Origin: Mytilus californianus
Taxonomy: Eukaryota
Assembly: GCF_021869535.1 (NCBI RefSeq)
Contig: NW_026262690.1
Location: 80,476,001 to 80,540,000, forward strand
Length of the DNA stretch: 64,000 bases
Direction: 5' to 3'
In this document: piece by piece, positions 12,228 to 25,720 of the stretch
Layout of the letters: each line of letters starts with the position of its first letter
How positions within the stretch are numbered: the first letter of the stretch is position 1
The notes under the pieces: model-generated
Databases searched by the model: none
What the model saw: the letters and a program-made list of their open reading frames with translations, nothing else
What the model was told of the DNA's origin: nothing
Translations under genes and position numbers: made by a program

Positions 12228-13100
12228 TTAATACAGGCATAAAAGAGAGGCGGAAGAAATTAAAGGTATAGTCAAACTCATAAGTTGAAAATGAACAAAC
12301 ATTGCAACTGTAAAAAATAAAAAGCAACATACAAGTCTATAAAACATAACATGAAGGCTGAGCAACGAACCCCTCCAAAAACTGGGAGTGATCTCAGGAG
12401 CTCCGGAAGGGTTAGCACATCTTTTAAACAAACTAGTGCTGGTATCAGGTGCTCTGGGAGGGTAAGCAGATCATGTTTCACATGTGGTACCTACTGTGTT
12501 GCTCATATATGTACAAACCTGGTGATAAGTCTAATTATGTAGGTCACTTTTGAGGAAAAGATGACAGGATTGTGGTCATGACAATTGGAACATATCCTTC
12601 CTCCTCTGTGAAACAGATATTCTATAACAATCAATTAACTTGTGATGGTGTCGGTAAGATTTCAGCTACACCACATGGAAGAGGGTAGAAGTGCCCTTTA
12701 CCGTCTGGCGTCAAACCATCATTTTCGGCTACCGTTCGTGTCAATTTGGTTAAAATTTTATCGTGATTCATCAGAGGTCTCAAATGATTATCTGTTACTG
12801 TATTTTTTTAAAAGAATTTAACGTGATTTGTCAAAATCAGTCGATTTTCTTATCGTCATAAAGAAAATGTACATTTTATCGTCATACTTCAAAAACTACC
12901 ATTTACAACTTTTGGCAAGATTCTATATCGTTATCCGTCATTAAAGGTACCCCTATGGAACTCTTGGTTTAATAGCTTTCAGGTAAGCTGCAACTCTCTT
13001 TGCAAAAATATCATGATAGGAAATGCAAGCTCTGGAATATCATATCAACTGGGAGATATCTACTTCATATACAGGCGCTGCTGGAATATTGTAACATAAT
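12228..13100 (-). mobile_element. Decayed Penelope-like retroelement 3' remnant, split by a ~290-bp insertion
   Basis: 12965-13095 (-) translates NIPAAPVYEVDISQLI*YSRACISYHDIF. ~12575-12660 (-) gives YRHHHKLIDCYRISVSQRRKDMFQLS*. Both resemble the recalled PLE RT C-terminal motifs SNIPxxPAYGVYISQLIRY and KFYGRHH. The 3' flank matches the repeat at 30330, 40385 and 62925. Confidence 0.65.
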
Positions 13101-16100
13101 TCTCAAATGAAAGAAGATAAAAGTGTTTGCTTGACATTAGCCTGTGTTTATTAGTTCCTTATAATGTGTTCCAAAATTCCAAATGATATCACAGAAGCAT
13201 ACTCCGTGAGTAGAAACCTAAAATATAGCCCACAATATCATCTGAAATGACTCCAGGTTATAATCTTTAGCCTGGTACCTATGATGAGTTTATTTGTTTA
13301 TTTTCCATACTACCAAGGGGCATTACTCTGGAATAGCAAATTTGAAAACTGTCAAAATATGTGTTGACCAATGTGAAGTGGTCCCTAACAATATTTCAAA
13401 ATTATTTCAAAACCAATTCTGTGACCTACTGACATATGAATGGACAAAGGTAAACTTTATTGCACTGGACACTTTTGGTAGCGACATAAAGCTGTACAAA
13501 GTACAACTAAATAATCACACAAAATAAAATTTTGATTGAATTTTCTTCATAGAGTGATGCTGAATAAACTCACTTACATATGATGCAAACAGTATCTTTA
13601 ATATCACTTATCATAGAAGATGAATTATTAATCATAAAAGAATATTGCAAGGTTAGTCATTTTATTCATTATCTGTATGTTGGAGTGGCACACCTGAAAT
13701 TGTAACTGTTTTGGACAAGAGCTTACATTTTTAATAGCTTTAGACATCTACTAATGACAATTTAACATTTCACTCATCAGTTCTATTTCTAGAATAGAAA
13801 TTATTGCCCTCATAACTCCAATAAGGTATATGTTTGCCAAAAGATAGATTGTTTCTTGCTTAATGTCCAGTGGCAATGATTTCTTGCATATTTTGAGGAC
13901 AATCAATATAAAGAACAAAAGGCAACATCGCTTAAAATCTTTAATTTTTGTGCATGTATTTCTACAACATAGTGAAGTAACAAGATAAAGAGATATAAAA
14001 AATATCACAATGTAAACAGACAACAGATAAAAGTTATGAAACAACTAGCCTAATTTTTTACAGGTTTTATAATTAACAGGGCAAAATAGACAACAATGTG
14101 TATTAGTACCTCATTCTTATCAAGGCAATTTTTAGGTATATAATACAAATATTAATTTATCTAATAACAGTTTTATTAAATTCTAAATTAAAAGCCTGAA
14201 TAAGATGGAGTGAGAAGGAATTGAAATCAAAGATATATATAGGAAAGATCCCTACAATACATGTATATTCACAGTGAAAATGTCTGATAAGTTTAAAGGG
14301 CTGTTCCATTAAAACACATATATGGTACTCAGGGATGGCACTTTGAGAATGAGCTAACCATCTATAGAGGCAATTTTAACCCATAGTTGAGATTTCAAAG
14401 GGAATTCCCTGGTCTCATAAATGCTTTTTATTAAGCATCCCAAAGAGTTTTAAGCATTGATTTCATGCATTGAAATTTGGAAAGAATAGGAATTAATTGG
14501 CTAATGACTTACAGTGAACTTTATAAACATTCTAGCTTGTAAATGAATATATCTTCCTCAATTGTTCATGAATTTTAAATTTGCATTGGCAATGTACCAT
14601 TTTCATTTACAGTCACATTTAAGTACAGTCCAAATAAAGCTATGTAAAATGAAATATATGTTCTGATCTTGCATCATTGATTGTATACATGGATAGAACA
14701 CAATTTTACAACACATTTAAAATACATTCTTTGCAGGAAAAATTAAAGCATAAACAACCAATTTTTTTTTATCCTATGTTAATTATAAAATATTATTTAT
14801 ATTTCATGCTTAAATGTGAGATTCAAACAGTTACACTCACCCTCATGTAACAAGGAAATAACATACATATTGCCGAGTATATACTCTGTGCATTTGTGTA
14901 GATCAATGTATTGCACCATTGCGACCATCAAATTGTTGCATAAAATTCTGAGTATGATTCATCAAATATATACGAATGTTTTGAGTACATGTACATGTAA
15001 ACTGTAAATAGACTTTGGCTAAAAGTTACTTTTTGGTCACAATTTATGTAAATATTGAAATGTGTTACATGAATATTAACAAAACAATTCAGTCTAATAA
15101 ATGATAAGATGGGTTAGAAAATTTTGTAACTTTGATAAACAAAATCATTCACTATCCAAATATTATTGTAGCGCTCTGTTATCTATGCTTGATTCTTAGA
15201 AATATTTTTCCTTTAAGCTGAATTGTGTGGTTTGGAAGGTAGTTTCTCATTTGAAATTCAGGCAAACTTTGGTTCCTTGAGAGTGGGGAAAATTTACATT
15301 CAATATCAATTTTACCAAGCATATGGCTTGAATAACCTTTATAATGTTATCCCTTATGGAATGCTAACAATATAATCCAAACAAAGATAGCAAATAATGT
15401 CGCTTTGTCAGAGAAAAGATGTCATCTAGCATTGTATTATCAATTTATGCCAGGCAGTTTCATTTATTTCATTCATTCTCTATTTTTTCACAACCCTAAA
15501 AATAGTTAAGAATAACAAGACATATGGAATGTTTGAAAAGATTAAACAATATACAACTTACATACCATTTATACCTAATAGTGTAATTCACATGTTTAAA
15601 ATCAATTTTCTAGCAAATTGTAAGTTCTACTTCAATTGCATTTAAAGCTATTTAAAAACAGTCATTACTTGGCAATTTTATCAAAATATCAACCATATCT
15701 AATTAGCCTAAAATAAATCAAAATAAAATTGCTCACGTGCAAGAAAACTGGTTAATACATATATGATTTACATTGCAATGTAACACATACATCTTACATT
15801 AGTTGTTCTCAACTATTACTATACAAACAAAATATAACAATAAAGAGAAATATATATAAAAAAGTCTAACAAAAATGAACACTAATTTAAAGGAACTTTG
15901 GTTTTTGTCTCTGTGAGTTAACATTTACTCGAAAGAAAGACACTGATCATATTTTTATTTGATTTTGTGCGTAAACAGTAAGTAGTTTTTATATCACAGT
16001 TGTAAAATCACATCTTCTTGAATTAAATCATTTAGCCTTTACTCTAGTAATTTGTTTAAACTTAAATAACATAGGATGCACATATGTAATTTATAATAGG

Positions 16101-16789
16101 TCATCACAATTTGCCTAATTCATCCCCTTCCAAATTTGCTCTAATAAAACATAATATAAGACAATGGAGCATAAAATGTAGGTCTGAATGACTTACTTGA
16201 AGAGATTTCTCTCCTTAGGGACATCCCTATAATACGTTTTATGATAACAGTAACATCTTTGTATAAAGGTCACCCTGGGGAGAAAGTAAAACTGACCTTA
16301 AACGAGAGGCGACCTTTGAATTAAAGTTCAAAATGCGTAGGTAGAGAGCACTTGCAAAGACAGGTTTTTGCTTGATAAAGATGACTTTTATAGCAGGTTT
16401 GACCGTACATGGTATTTAGAATCTTTGAACTGCATTTGGTAATATTTATAAGATTCTGTACAATAAATAAATTTGAGAATAAGCTGTTTATGTAGATAAG
16501 CCTATTGACAATGCATTCTCTGAGGATATCTAAATCTTAAAATTTGATTTTTTTCAAAAATAGCTTATCTCCCTTTATAAAAGAATTGAAAGTGTAAAGA
16601 AACTTAATATGGCCATTTATATATTCATAGGGTTATATTTATTATTATATGCACTGCTTTATATCTATACATGTACTATAAAATCATATATAAAAAAACT
16701 GAACACTTTAGGTATGAAATGAAAAAAATGGATACTGCAAGAGCATTATTTAACCACAACCAGAATAAAAGATTGTCAAAAAAAATCAT

Positions 16790-16975
16790 TAGAATGTAAA
16801 AAAAAAGTACAACAAAACAAGTCAATATAATGCACTTAGTAAAAAAAGAAGAAGAAAAAAACAATTGTATAATGTCAGATACTGGTATAACAAAACAAGT
16901 CAACATTATGCTTTAATTAAAAAAAGAAGAAAACAATTGTATAATTTAAGATACTGGTAAAGGTATAACAAAAAT
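16790..16975 (+). repeat. Degenerate ~75-bp tandem repeat (about 2.5 units)
   Basis: aaaaaaagaag..aacaattgtataat..agatactggt..ataacaaaa recurs. Confidence 0.6.
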
Positions 16976-17576
16976 AATATGTAAATAAACTATATATATT
17001 CAGAGATTAACATTTTGATGATATTAATATTCTATTACCTATTTATTATTTTAATAATATTTTATAATAACCAATCCATAACTAGTAATATTCATATTTG
17101 TATTGAGTATATGTGCTTATTTTGTGTAAAGAAACATCAAAATATTTCATTGGGACTATCTTAATTTGTCGGTTATTAACAACATATCACAACAATGTGA
17201 GTATACATTTCATTTTTCAGTTAAAAACATTACTGATGCATGAAAGATACTGGACCCAGTGTCTTAGTCAATAATAAAGAAGACAGAGCAAATAAAGTCA
17301 AAGTTTACAAAACTTTCAATGAAAATATACATCTTATTTAGCTGTAAGGTCAATAACAATTTTAGTTTTCCAAATAACTTAATATGACGACAATTGTCAA
17401 CATGTAAAAACAGGTAAAACTTTTTTAATGACTATCAATTTTCCTAGGGTAATAATATTTCTTTCACAAAGTATGCAATTTTGACAAGAAAAATTGTTAA
17501 AAGGAGAACAAAAACAACAGAATTTTTTATAACAATAACTTTGTAAAATGCCACAAATTCACATCCTGTGTTCAAA

Positions 17577-17677
17577 TCAAGACTCCAATAGCACGTGCCA
17601 GCGACAAACTTGATCACCTTTGTTTTCCCTCATGTCTGTCCAATGAGAAAGCTCTTCTTCACCGCTACTGTTCAACC
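17577..17677 (-). CDS. SYT14: Synaptotagmin-14/16-like, last coding exon (9)
   Basis: ttcttcag acceptor. Translates (G)[32 protein letters not shown], closely matching the recalled SYT14 C-terminus [32 protein letters not shown]. Confidence 0.95.
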
Positions 17678-18247
17678 CTGAAGAAAAATTAAGATTTCAT
17701 AAAACTGTTAAATATTTGCCTTTAGACCTTAAGCAACCAACAATCAATCAATACTCCTGTTAAGAGCATAAGTTTTTAAATGATAATGGGTCAAACTTGT
17801 TCCCCCCACTTAATGAGTGATTACTGTGTTCACTGGGGTCCACTCTCTATTTAGGCTACAGTTAGCTGCATGTATTGACATTTTCAGTCATGCAGGTCAA
17901 GACCAGGATGAAAAATTGTCAAAATTTATGTTTTTTGCAGCAGATGACCAACTTTGGGGCAGCGTGTTGCTTACCTTAAGGTAAAGGTCAACGGTCATTC
18001 TTGAAGACAATAAAGGAACATGTGGATTGTATGTTTTCAATTTGCCTTCCTGTTATTTTTTTATGGAATGTTGTCACTTTGGCAATATTACTTAACTCCA
18101 TTATTTTTTTAGTTTAATATATATAGAATACAATACATCCAATGAGAAATAGTTTTCTTGTGGCCACTTGAAATTGTGATTTTAAGAATGCTGATTTTTT
18201 TTAAATACCCAAAATGTCAGTTATTTTGAAATTGATATACAACAAAC

Positions 18248-18460
18248 CTAATGAAAACCATCCAATCATCTCTTTTTTCTTCATACTTCTTTTGTTATAC
18301 ACAGAAACCATCAGGGTCACTTCAGCTAACTGAAACAATGCCACCTGGAACATGAACGTCTCCTTAAACAATGGATTTGGCTGTCCCCTTCTAACAGAGG
18401 TCTTACTTCTTGTGATTTCCTGACCAGTTGGGGACATTAAGGTTAGTTTGGCATAAGTAT
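18248..18460 (-). CDS. SYT14: Synaptotagmin-14/16-like exon 8 (C2B)
   Basis: 213 nt, phase 1-1. Translates (D)[70 protein letters not shown]. Confidence 0.95.
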
Positions 18461-19899
18461 CTGAAATTGGAAATCATGTATAATTTAATCTATTGCTCTT
18501 GCTGTGAATATGTGTACTAAAAAAATATGCTTCCTTGTACTGTATTCAACTACTATATAAATAATTTTATTCTGATTTTTTTATGTTTAATCTTAAGATG
18601 TGCCCTTTTGAATTCCATTATTGTTTATTGCTTTTGTCATGATAAAAATTGTCTCAGATCTAATTATATATAGATATAAACTTAAAGAAAGGCCTCATCA
18701 AAAACTCAATACCCCATGCAAGTATATCTTTACAAGAAGACTTGAACTTTTCTATATATATGTTCTCTAAAAAAGCATACAATGAAAAAAATAATCAAAA
18801 ATGAATGCAATATCTTTATTCAATTGAAAATTGAAAGCAGATGCTAAGGATACAATTTTTAGTGTAAGCATGTACATGAATTTTTTTCTTTCCAAAAGTT
18901 ATAGCACTACAAGTGCTTTAATTTTACATGCTTTTTAAATATATTCTGATTTTTACAACCAAAATGAATGCATTAATTTTCAACTCTATAATAAACAAAC
19001 AAAATAAACATTAAACAAAACTTAACAAGGAAGAGAAAATTCCTACTATCACCAAAAATCTTTAACTTAACCTCGTATTCTTATGATCGCTGGAATATCA
19101 ATATATAGATTACATTTATATAACTATGGCAACAATAATGAAGTCAATGCCATTCATATTTTATCAGTTGAAAAATAAAGCAATTTTTTGAAACTGGTTA
19201 AAAAAAACCGCTGCAAGCCTATAGAAAACATGATATCTAGCAGTTTCACTTAAAGGGAGATAATTCACATTTGATAATTAACCTAATACCTTTTTACATT
19301 GTTATTCAAAACAAACTTATCTGGAGGTCATTAAAGCTGCAATTTAAGCTTCTATTTGACCTAAGACATATTGTAGCATTACTTTTATGGTAAGAAATAT
19401 TATTAGTTTGGGAAGTTTCTGAAAAAAATGCTTCAAAGACCAATACCTACTTTCTTATGAAACTTCCCTATAAATTTACAGACTGTGAAATTTTAAAATG
19501 CTTTCACATGATACTGTATAATAAAAGTACCATCAAAAATGGGACAGCAAATACAGGTTGTACCTCAAAAACCTCTCAATTCTACAAACAATTGATAGGC
19601 GAAGTTATCCTTTACAGGCCTAGGGAGGGAGAAAGTGTACAGTTCAATTTGCAAGAACAGGAATTAGTTAGAGTCATTTGCAATTAATAACTTTATATAC
19701 CTATATAAAATTCATGAGCTGATAAAATTTAAGACACTTTTAACTTCTATACCATTTGGTCTCTGATGGAGAGTTGCCTCATTGACAATCGTACATATCT
19801 TCTTATTTTTATATTTTTCTATATTTGAAATCTTTGATTAGTTTTTCTATAATCATCTTTCAATATTAATACACTACATTAGCAATGAATTAAGTTTAC

Positions 19900-20089
19900 C
19901 TGGGGCTCTGTTCATGGCCATGTTTCTGAAATTACTTCCTTTTATGACTTCAACTGTCAATCGACCAGTTGTTCCATTATAACCAAGACCCAACAACAAT
20001 TCTGGCATACCGCCATGCTGCATGGACTGGGTAGAAGATGCACTGTCACTCCTTGAAAGGCTGGAAACATCAAATTGGGACTCTCCACC
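19900..20089 (-). CDS. SYT14: Synaptotagmin-14/16-like exon 7 (linker and start of C2B)
   Basis: 190 nt, GTAAAC donor. Translates GGESQFDVSSLSRSDSASSTQSMQHGGMPELLLGLGYNGTTGRLTVEVIKGSNFRNMAMNRAP. Confidence 0.95.
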
Positions 20090-20204
20090 CTAAAAATACA
20101 TAGATATTTTATATTTTATAGAGATATCCACAACTTATTTGGTCAAACCTTTTTTTAGTTTTCAATCAAAATATTAAACATCATGAACCAAAATGAAATA
20201 AATA

Positions 20205-21688
20205 TGGATAGTGTCCACAGATGATGACCCCGCTTGCATATCATATAGTTATAAAGGGACATAACTGAAGAACGGTAAAAGTGACGCTACTTAAATTTGA
20301 ACTTGATCTGAGTTTTGTGGTAATAAGCACTGTGTGTAAGTCTCTTAACATTTGGTTGAGGCTAACTTAAGTAGAGAACAGAAACTAAAAATTCAGCAAT
20401 TTTTCTATTTGTAAACACGCATAACTCTAGAACGGTTGTGTATAAGTTTTATAACATTTGGTTGAGACAAACTAAAGTTAGAGAACGGAAACGAAAAATT
20501 CAGCAATTTTTATGTTTATAAAGGGACATAACTCAAGAATGGTAAAAGTGTTCCCACCAAATTTCGTACTTAATCTGTATTATGTAGTAATAAGCATTGT
20601 GTATAAGTTTCATAACATTTGGTTGAGGCAAACTAAAGTTAGAAAACGGAAACAAAAAATTTGTACTTGATCTTAGTTTTGTGGTAATGAATATTGTGTA
20701 TAGGTTTCATAATGTTTGGTTGGGGCAAACTTAAGTTACAGAATGGAAACTAAAAATTTTGCAATCTTTCGATTTATAAAGGGGCATAACTCAATAATGG
20801 TTAAAGTGACACTACCCAAATTCAACTTGATCTGTGTTTTATCGGTGGAAGTCAAAATTAAACATTGCATTGTATAAAGCATTGATTATAGTTGATTCAA
20901 TTATAATCATGGAAAAAGAAAGATAAGGTATATGTACGATTTTAAAAATAACTTGATATTTAGAAGAAAATAAAAATTTAGCAATTTTTCCTTTTCAAAA
21001 GGGGCATAACTCTAGAACGGTTAAAGTGACGCCACCAAAATTCTAACTTGATCTGTGTTTTGTGATAATAAGCATTGTGTATAAGTTTCATAACATTTGG
21101 TTGAGGCAAACTAAAGTTATAGAATGGAAACGAAAAATTCAGCAATTCTTCAATTTGTAAAGGGGCATAACTCTAGAACCGTAAAAGCGACGCCACGAAA
21201 ATTCAAACTTGATCTGTGTTTTGTGGTAATAAGCATTGTGTACAAGTTTCATAACATTTAGTTGAGGCAAACTAAAGTAAGAGAACGGAAACGAAAAATT
21301 CAGCAATTTTCCATTTGTAAAGGGGCATAACTCTAGAACCGTAAAAGTGACGCCACCAAAATTCAAACTTAATCTGTGTTTTGTGGTAATAAGCATTGTG
21401 TACAAGTTTCATAACATTTGGTTGAGGCAAACTAAAGTTAGAGAACGGAAACGAAAAATTCAACAATTTTCCATTTGTAAAGGGGCATAACTCTAGAACG
21501 GTAAAAGTGACGCCACCAAAATTCAAACTTAATCTGTGTTTTGTGGTAATAAGTGTTGTGTATAAGTTTCATAACATTTGGTTGAGACAAACTAAAGTTA
21601 GAGAACGGAAACCAATTTTGGGACGTACGTACGTACAGACGTACAAGGGTAAAACTTAATGCTCCCTCCGCTACGGTGGGGGCATAAA
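20205..21688 (+). mobile_element. HINE-like element, family B, with a 160-bp tandem array
   Basis: Units beginning ggggcataactc lie at ~21001, 21161, 21321 and 21481, with degenerate units upstream. A (GTAC)n microsatellite is at ~21621-21644 and a terminal hairpin atgctccctccg-cta-cggtgggggcat precedes aaaaa. Confidence 0.75.
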
Positions 21689-22505
21689 AATTCTGTAATT
21701 TTGTGATGTTTTTATTTGGTGGAAAATGATGAGATTAGCATCGCATTATATCAAACATGTTTTTAACATTCTGATAGCATCTTTTTGTATGCAGCATTAC
21801 CTGACATATTATTAATCATTTTTTGTCTGTTGATCAACAATCACATTAATTGTTTTTATGGTAGATAATTATAAAAAGAATAGGCTGTATGAGTAAATAT
21901 TCAGATATAAATATATATATCACTTAAATGTATAAATATCAGAACCGAGTTTAGTTTTCCATGTTAGTGAATTAGGTCAAAGGTTCATTCAATTAAGGCC
22001 ATATCGAACTTAGGTTGAGTACTTGCATAGATGAAGTTAAATAAGCCACATCATAGTTTTATGATTTCTGGCTGTATACCTATAAATCTTAAGATAAAAA
22101 TTCTAATCTTTACTTTAATTCTGATGAAACAAACAAAATTTTAAATCATGTAGAGTAATCTTCTGTTTCATAATTTGAATTTTTTACATATCACTTTACT
22201 ATCAAAACCAACTATAAACTTGTCTGGATGATAAGATTCTGAAAAAAATATGTACAGTAACCAGTCTATCAAGATTTCTTGTCTTTCTTTGAAATTAACC
22301 TAGATTTCTGTATCTCCAGCTGTCAGAAAACAATATTTGCAATATTTCCTATCTGAAACTGTCAATAACATGAATCTGCGGCTTAAGTTTATTCTTTTGC
22401 AGCTAAAATATCACTATATTGAAGTTGAAAGTCCTAATATTAAAATGTATAGTACAAAGTTAGAAGCCCTGCCACAAACATTCTTATAAGCAATTTATAA
22501 CTTAC

Positions 22506-22663
22506 ACTCAGGTTACTCCTGGGTTCAAGAATGACAAAATGTGTTGAAGCACTATCAAGATTCAATGAGGCAAATCCTATTATACTTTCTCCTATCATTC
22601 TCTCTCTCCTCATCCTCTCTACACCATACAGACGGATACGTATTCCCATACTATGGACTTCCT
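22506..22663 (-). CDS. SYT14: Synaptotagmin-14/16-like exon 6 (end of C2A)
   Basis: 158 nt, GTAAGT donor. Translates (E)EVHSMGIRIRLYGVERMRRERMIGESIIGFASLNLDSASTHFVILEPRSNLS. Confidence 0.93.
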
Positions 22664-22789
22664 CTGAAATATAATATTAAGAAGTTGTATCAATAATGGT
22701 ACCACTTTAATAAACTTCTTCCAATCCCATGAGTCTGTGTATACAAGGATCTTCAAGATTTATTTGATGTCACTTTTTTTGTGAGAAAC

Positions 22790-23808
22790 CAGGGTTGGCA
22801 AAGTATTACCCGGGCGGGAAAACCCAGGTGGGAAACCCCAGGTTTTCCCGGGCTGGGCAATACTCCCAGAAATGGGTAATACTGGGCAATACGCTTTTTT
22901 GAGCTTATTTTTACACAAAATAGTAAAGAAACACTGTAGTTTCATAGCATTATTGCTAAAAATACACATTTTATACAGATAACCATGTCATTGAGAGTCA
23001 TTTTCAGAGAATAAACAAATTAAAATCTTCCTTTTCTTTAATAATTTTATGTAGGCAGAATACCTATAAGTTTTGCTAATTTTTTGATACCTTGTTTATT
23101 TCTCAGCTTTGATTGAAAATGCATTTTAGTGTTGTGTATTAGTACAATAAACTGGAATATATAATTGATTTCAATCATATTGCTAAATATACACCCTAAG
23201 GGGACAATTCACTCACACTTAAAGAGATGAAAAGACTTATTATTGCAGTATAAACAAATCTGTGTTATAATCTAAATAATTACTTATTAATAAGTGATGT
23301 CTATGTATAAAGTTATCATGCTAAAATTGTTTCAAAAATAAAAATAGGGATGAACAAACATTGTTAAATAATCATTTTCCATTTCCATTTTAGTTATAAT
23401 TATAGAAAATAATCAGAAAGAATACTTTGGCTACCATGTTAAGAGTTTGACCAATTAAGACAGAATGGCAACTTAATTTGTACATGTTTCAGCAGGGTTA
23501 TCTATAAATTTTTTTGAGAAAACTTTTCACATAAGTCTATTTGTGCTTCTATTTGTCTCAAGAGTTGCGGGACAGATACTTTTTTCAAATTAATACACTT
23601 TTAAAAAAAATTATGTATTTTAATTTTTTTTATTTTTATATGTCCTATAACTATATCTTTTGTATGTATTGCATTTGTAATTGAACACAGAGTCTTCTTT
23701 TAAAGTTTCAAACCAGTATTTCTTTATTACCCAGTAAAACCCGGGTTTTCCCAGTATTTCCCACTGGGCTGGGCAATACTCATATAAACCGGGTTTTTGC
23801 CAACCCTG
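22790..23808. mobile_element. Non-autonomous hAT-like DNA transposon
   Basis: TIRs CAGGGTTGGCAAA / TTTGCCAACCCTG. 8-bp flanks tgagaaac / tgagaaaa match at 7 of 8. Subterminal cccag/ctggg repeats; AT-rich filler with no transposase ORF. Confidence 0.85.
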
Positions 23809-24786
23809 TGAGAAAACACGTACAAGAACCACCTGACCAGATTTTTTCATGGACAATAAAGTATATGTCGTAAAATTTTACAGTTACTACATGAGAGGTG
23901 TTCCCCATTATATATTTAGAATTGGAATATTTTCAGGTTTCCAGATATTTTGTTAAGTACTGTTTGACCAATAGTAAATGTGATGCAAAATACTAGCATT
24001 TAAACTCAATAATGTAAACAGTAATAACTATTTTTTTGTTTTTTTGACGTAATAAAAATAAATTAATGACCATAAAATAGAAGTAGGCTAGTTTTTGGCA
24101 GATTTGACATTTACCTTTATGTCCCTTTAACATCAGGAACCTTTAGATTTCAAGAAAAAGAATAAAGATACCCTTTGTTTTGCTCTGCTTTTTATGCATT
24201 TATTAAATATATCTGCTATTAAATGCTAGTGCTTAATAATTTATTTATTTATTGTTTTTATGCTTTTTAGTTTATTATTTTATGATATTCAAGTGATTTG
24301 CTGATTCCCCCGTTCAGTGCACATAGAGGCGCTTGCCAAATGAGCTTTGACTCTGGAGGCTCATAAATCAAAAAATTAATTTGCTTTCATTAAATTTGCA
24401 TGCTTTTTCATTTTTATTTATTAGTATTTGCATGATGCTGCATGATTTTTTATGTGATAGTCGGTTAAAGAGCTCATTAGAGCTCATGTTTTTTTGTCTG
24501 TTATTATGTATATATATGCCGACTCTGAATAAAATTTACTTACTTACTTACTTACTTTACTTTGTCCAAGTTTTCAATACAATTTAAAAACATCATCTAA
24601 ATCTTTACATTTTTGTCAATGTCATAGATCAAAAATCACCGTTTAAGTAACCCAACAATACAAATCCGCAAGAAAGATATCTAGAGCTTATCATATGACA
24701 TTTAAAATTAACCAGCACCCAATTAGTTAAATAATTATAAATCTAATAATATTACTTGAAAGAATAGAACCATGTGATAACATTAC

Positions 24787-25066
24787 CTTGTGGTATTTTA
24801 CTAAAGACAAAACTCTCTTGGTATACAGGACTCTGGCCAGATTTGACTTTGGTTTTAAACTTCTGTTTCTTGGTAGGCAGTAATACAATCCTAACTTGAG
24901 CATGACTAGCACCTCCACGTTCAACACTAGGAATTTCCTGAGCTTGGTGTACAGTTATTGCCATTCTGCCACGTTTGGGGTCGTAAGAAAAGGTCATCTC
25001 TATGCTGCCACATTTTGATATTAGAGGTGGTTCCTTCTGAAGGTCACTGACATCAAATAAATGTTC
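24787..25066 (-). CDS. SYT14: Synaptotagmin-14/16-like exon 5 (C2A)
   Basis: 280 nt, ttctag acceptor, GTAATG donor. Translates EHLFDVSDLQKEPPLISKCGSIEMTFSYDPKRGRMAITVHQAQEIPSVERGGASHAQVRIVLLPTKKQKFKTKVKSGQSPVYQESFVFSKIPQ. Confidence 0.93.
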
Positions 25067-25078
25067 CTAGAATTGTCA

Positions 25079-25720
25079 AAGAATATGCTAAATTAAAAAC
25101 AGGTACTAGTATGTGATATACGTCAATAAGACAGCAACACGACAAAAAACATCAAAGACATCTAGAGATTTCCATAGACAACAAGTGTCTTCACAATATG
25201 TCAACTTTAAATCAAGAGACTCTGAATTTAGCATCAAAACCAAAATGGACAACTGGCAAATTAAACGGATACAAAACTATGCTGAATTTAAACAGATATG
25301 TGTTATACATCAATGAGACAGCAACCCAAAAACACAAAACATCAAAAGACATCTAGAGTGTTCATACAATATATCAAGCTTTAAATCACAGAGTCTAGCA
25401 TCAACAATCAAAATGTCCAACAACTGATAAAAGAATATGCTGAATTAAAATAGATACCGGGTATGTGTTATACATCAAAAGACATCTAGAGGTCTTCATC
25501 AATAGACAAGTGTTCATACAATATGTAAAGCTTTATATCAAAACCAAAATGGACAACTGATAAAAGAAAATGCTGTATTTCAATAGATATGTGTTCTACA
25601 TCAATGGCATGGATACAAAGAACCAAAAGAGATCTATTAATAGAAAAAGCTTCCATGCAATATGTGAAGCTCTTAATAGCCTGGAGTCTAGTATCAACAA
25701 CCAGAATGACTGGTAAAAGA
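25079..25720 (+). repeat. Degenerate tandem repeat, about 4 units of 130-200 bp, abutting the exon 5 acceptor
   Basis: Recurring motifs aagaatatgctgaatt, tatgtgttatacatcaa, gacatctagag and aaaccaaaatggacaactg. Confidence 0.75.
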
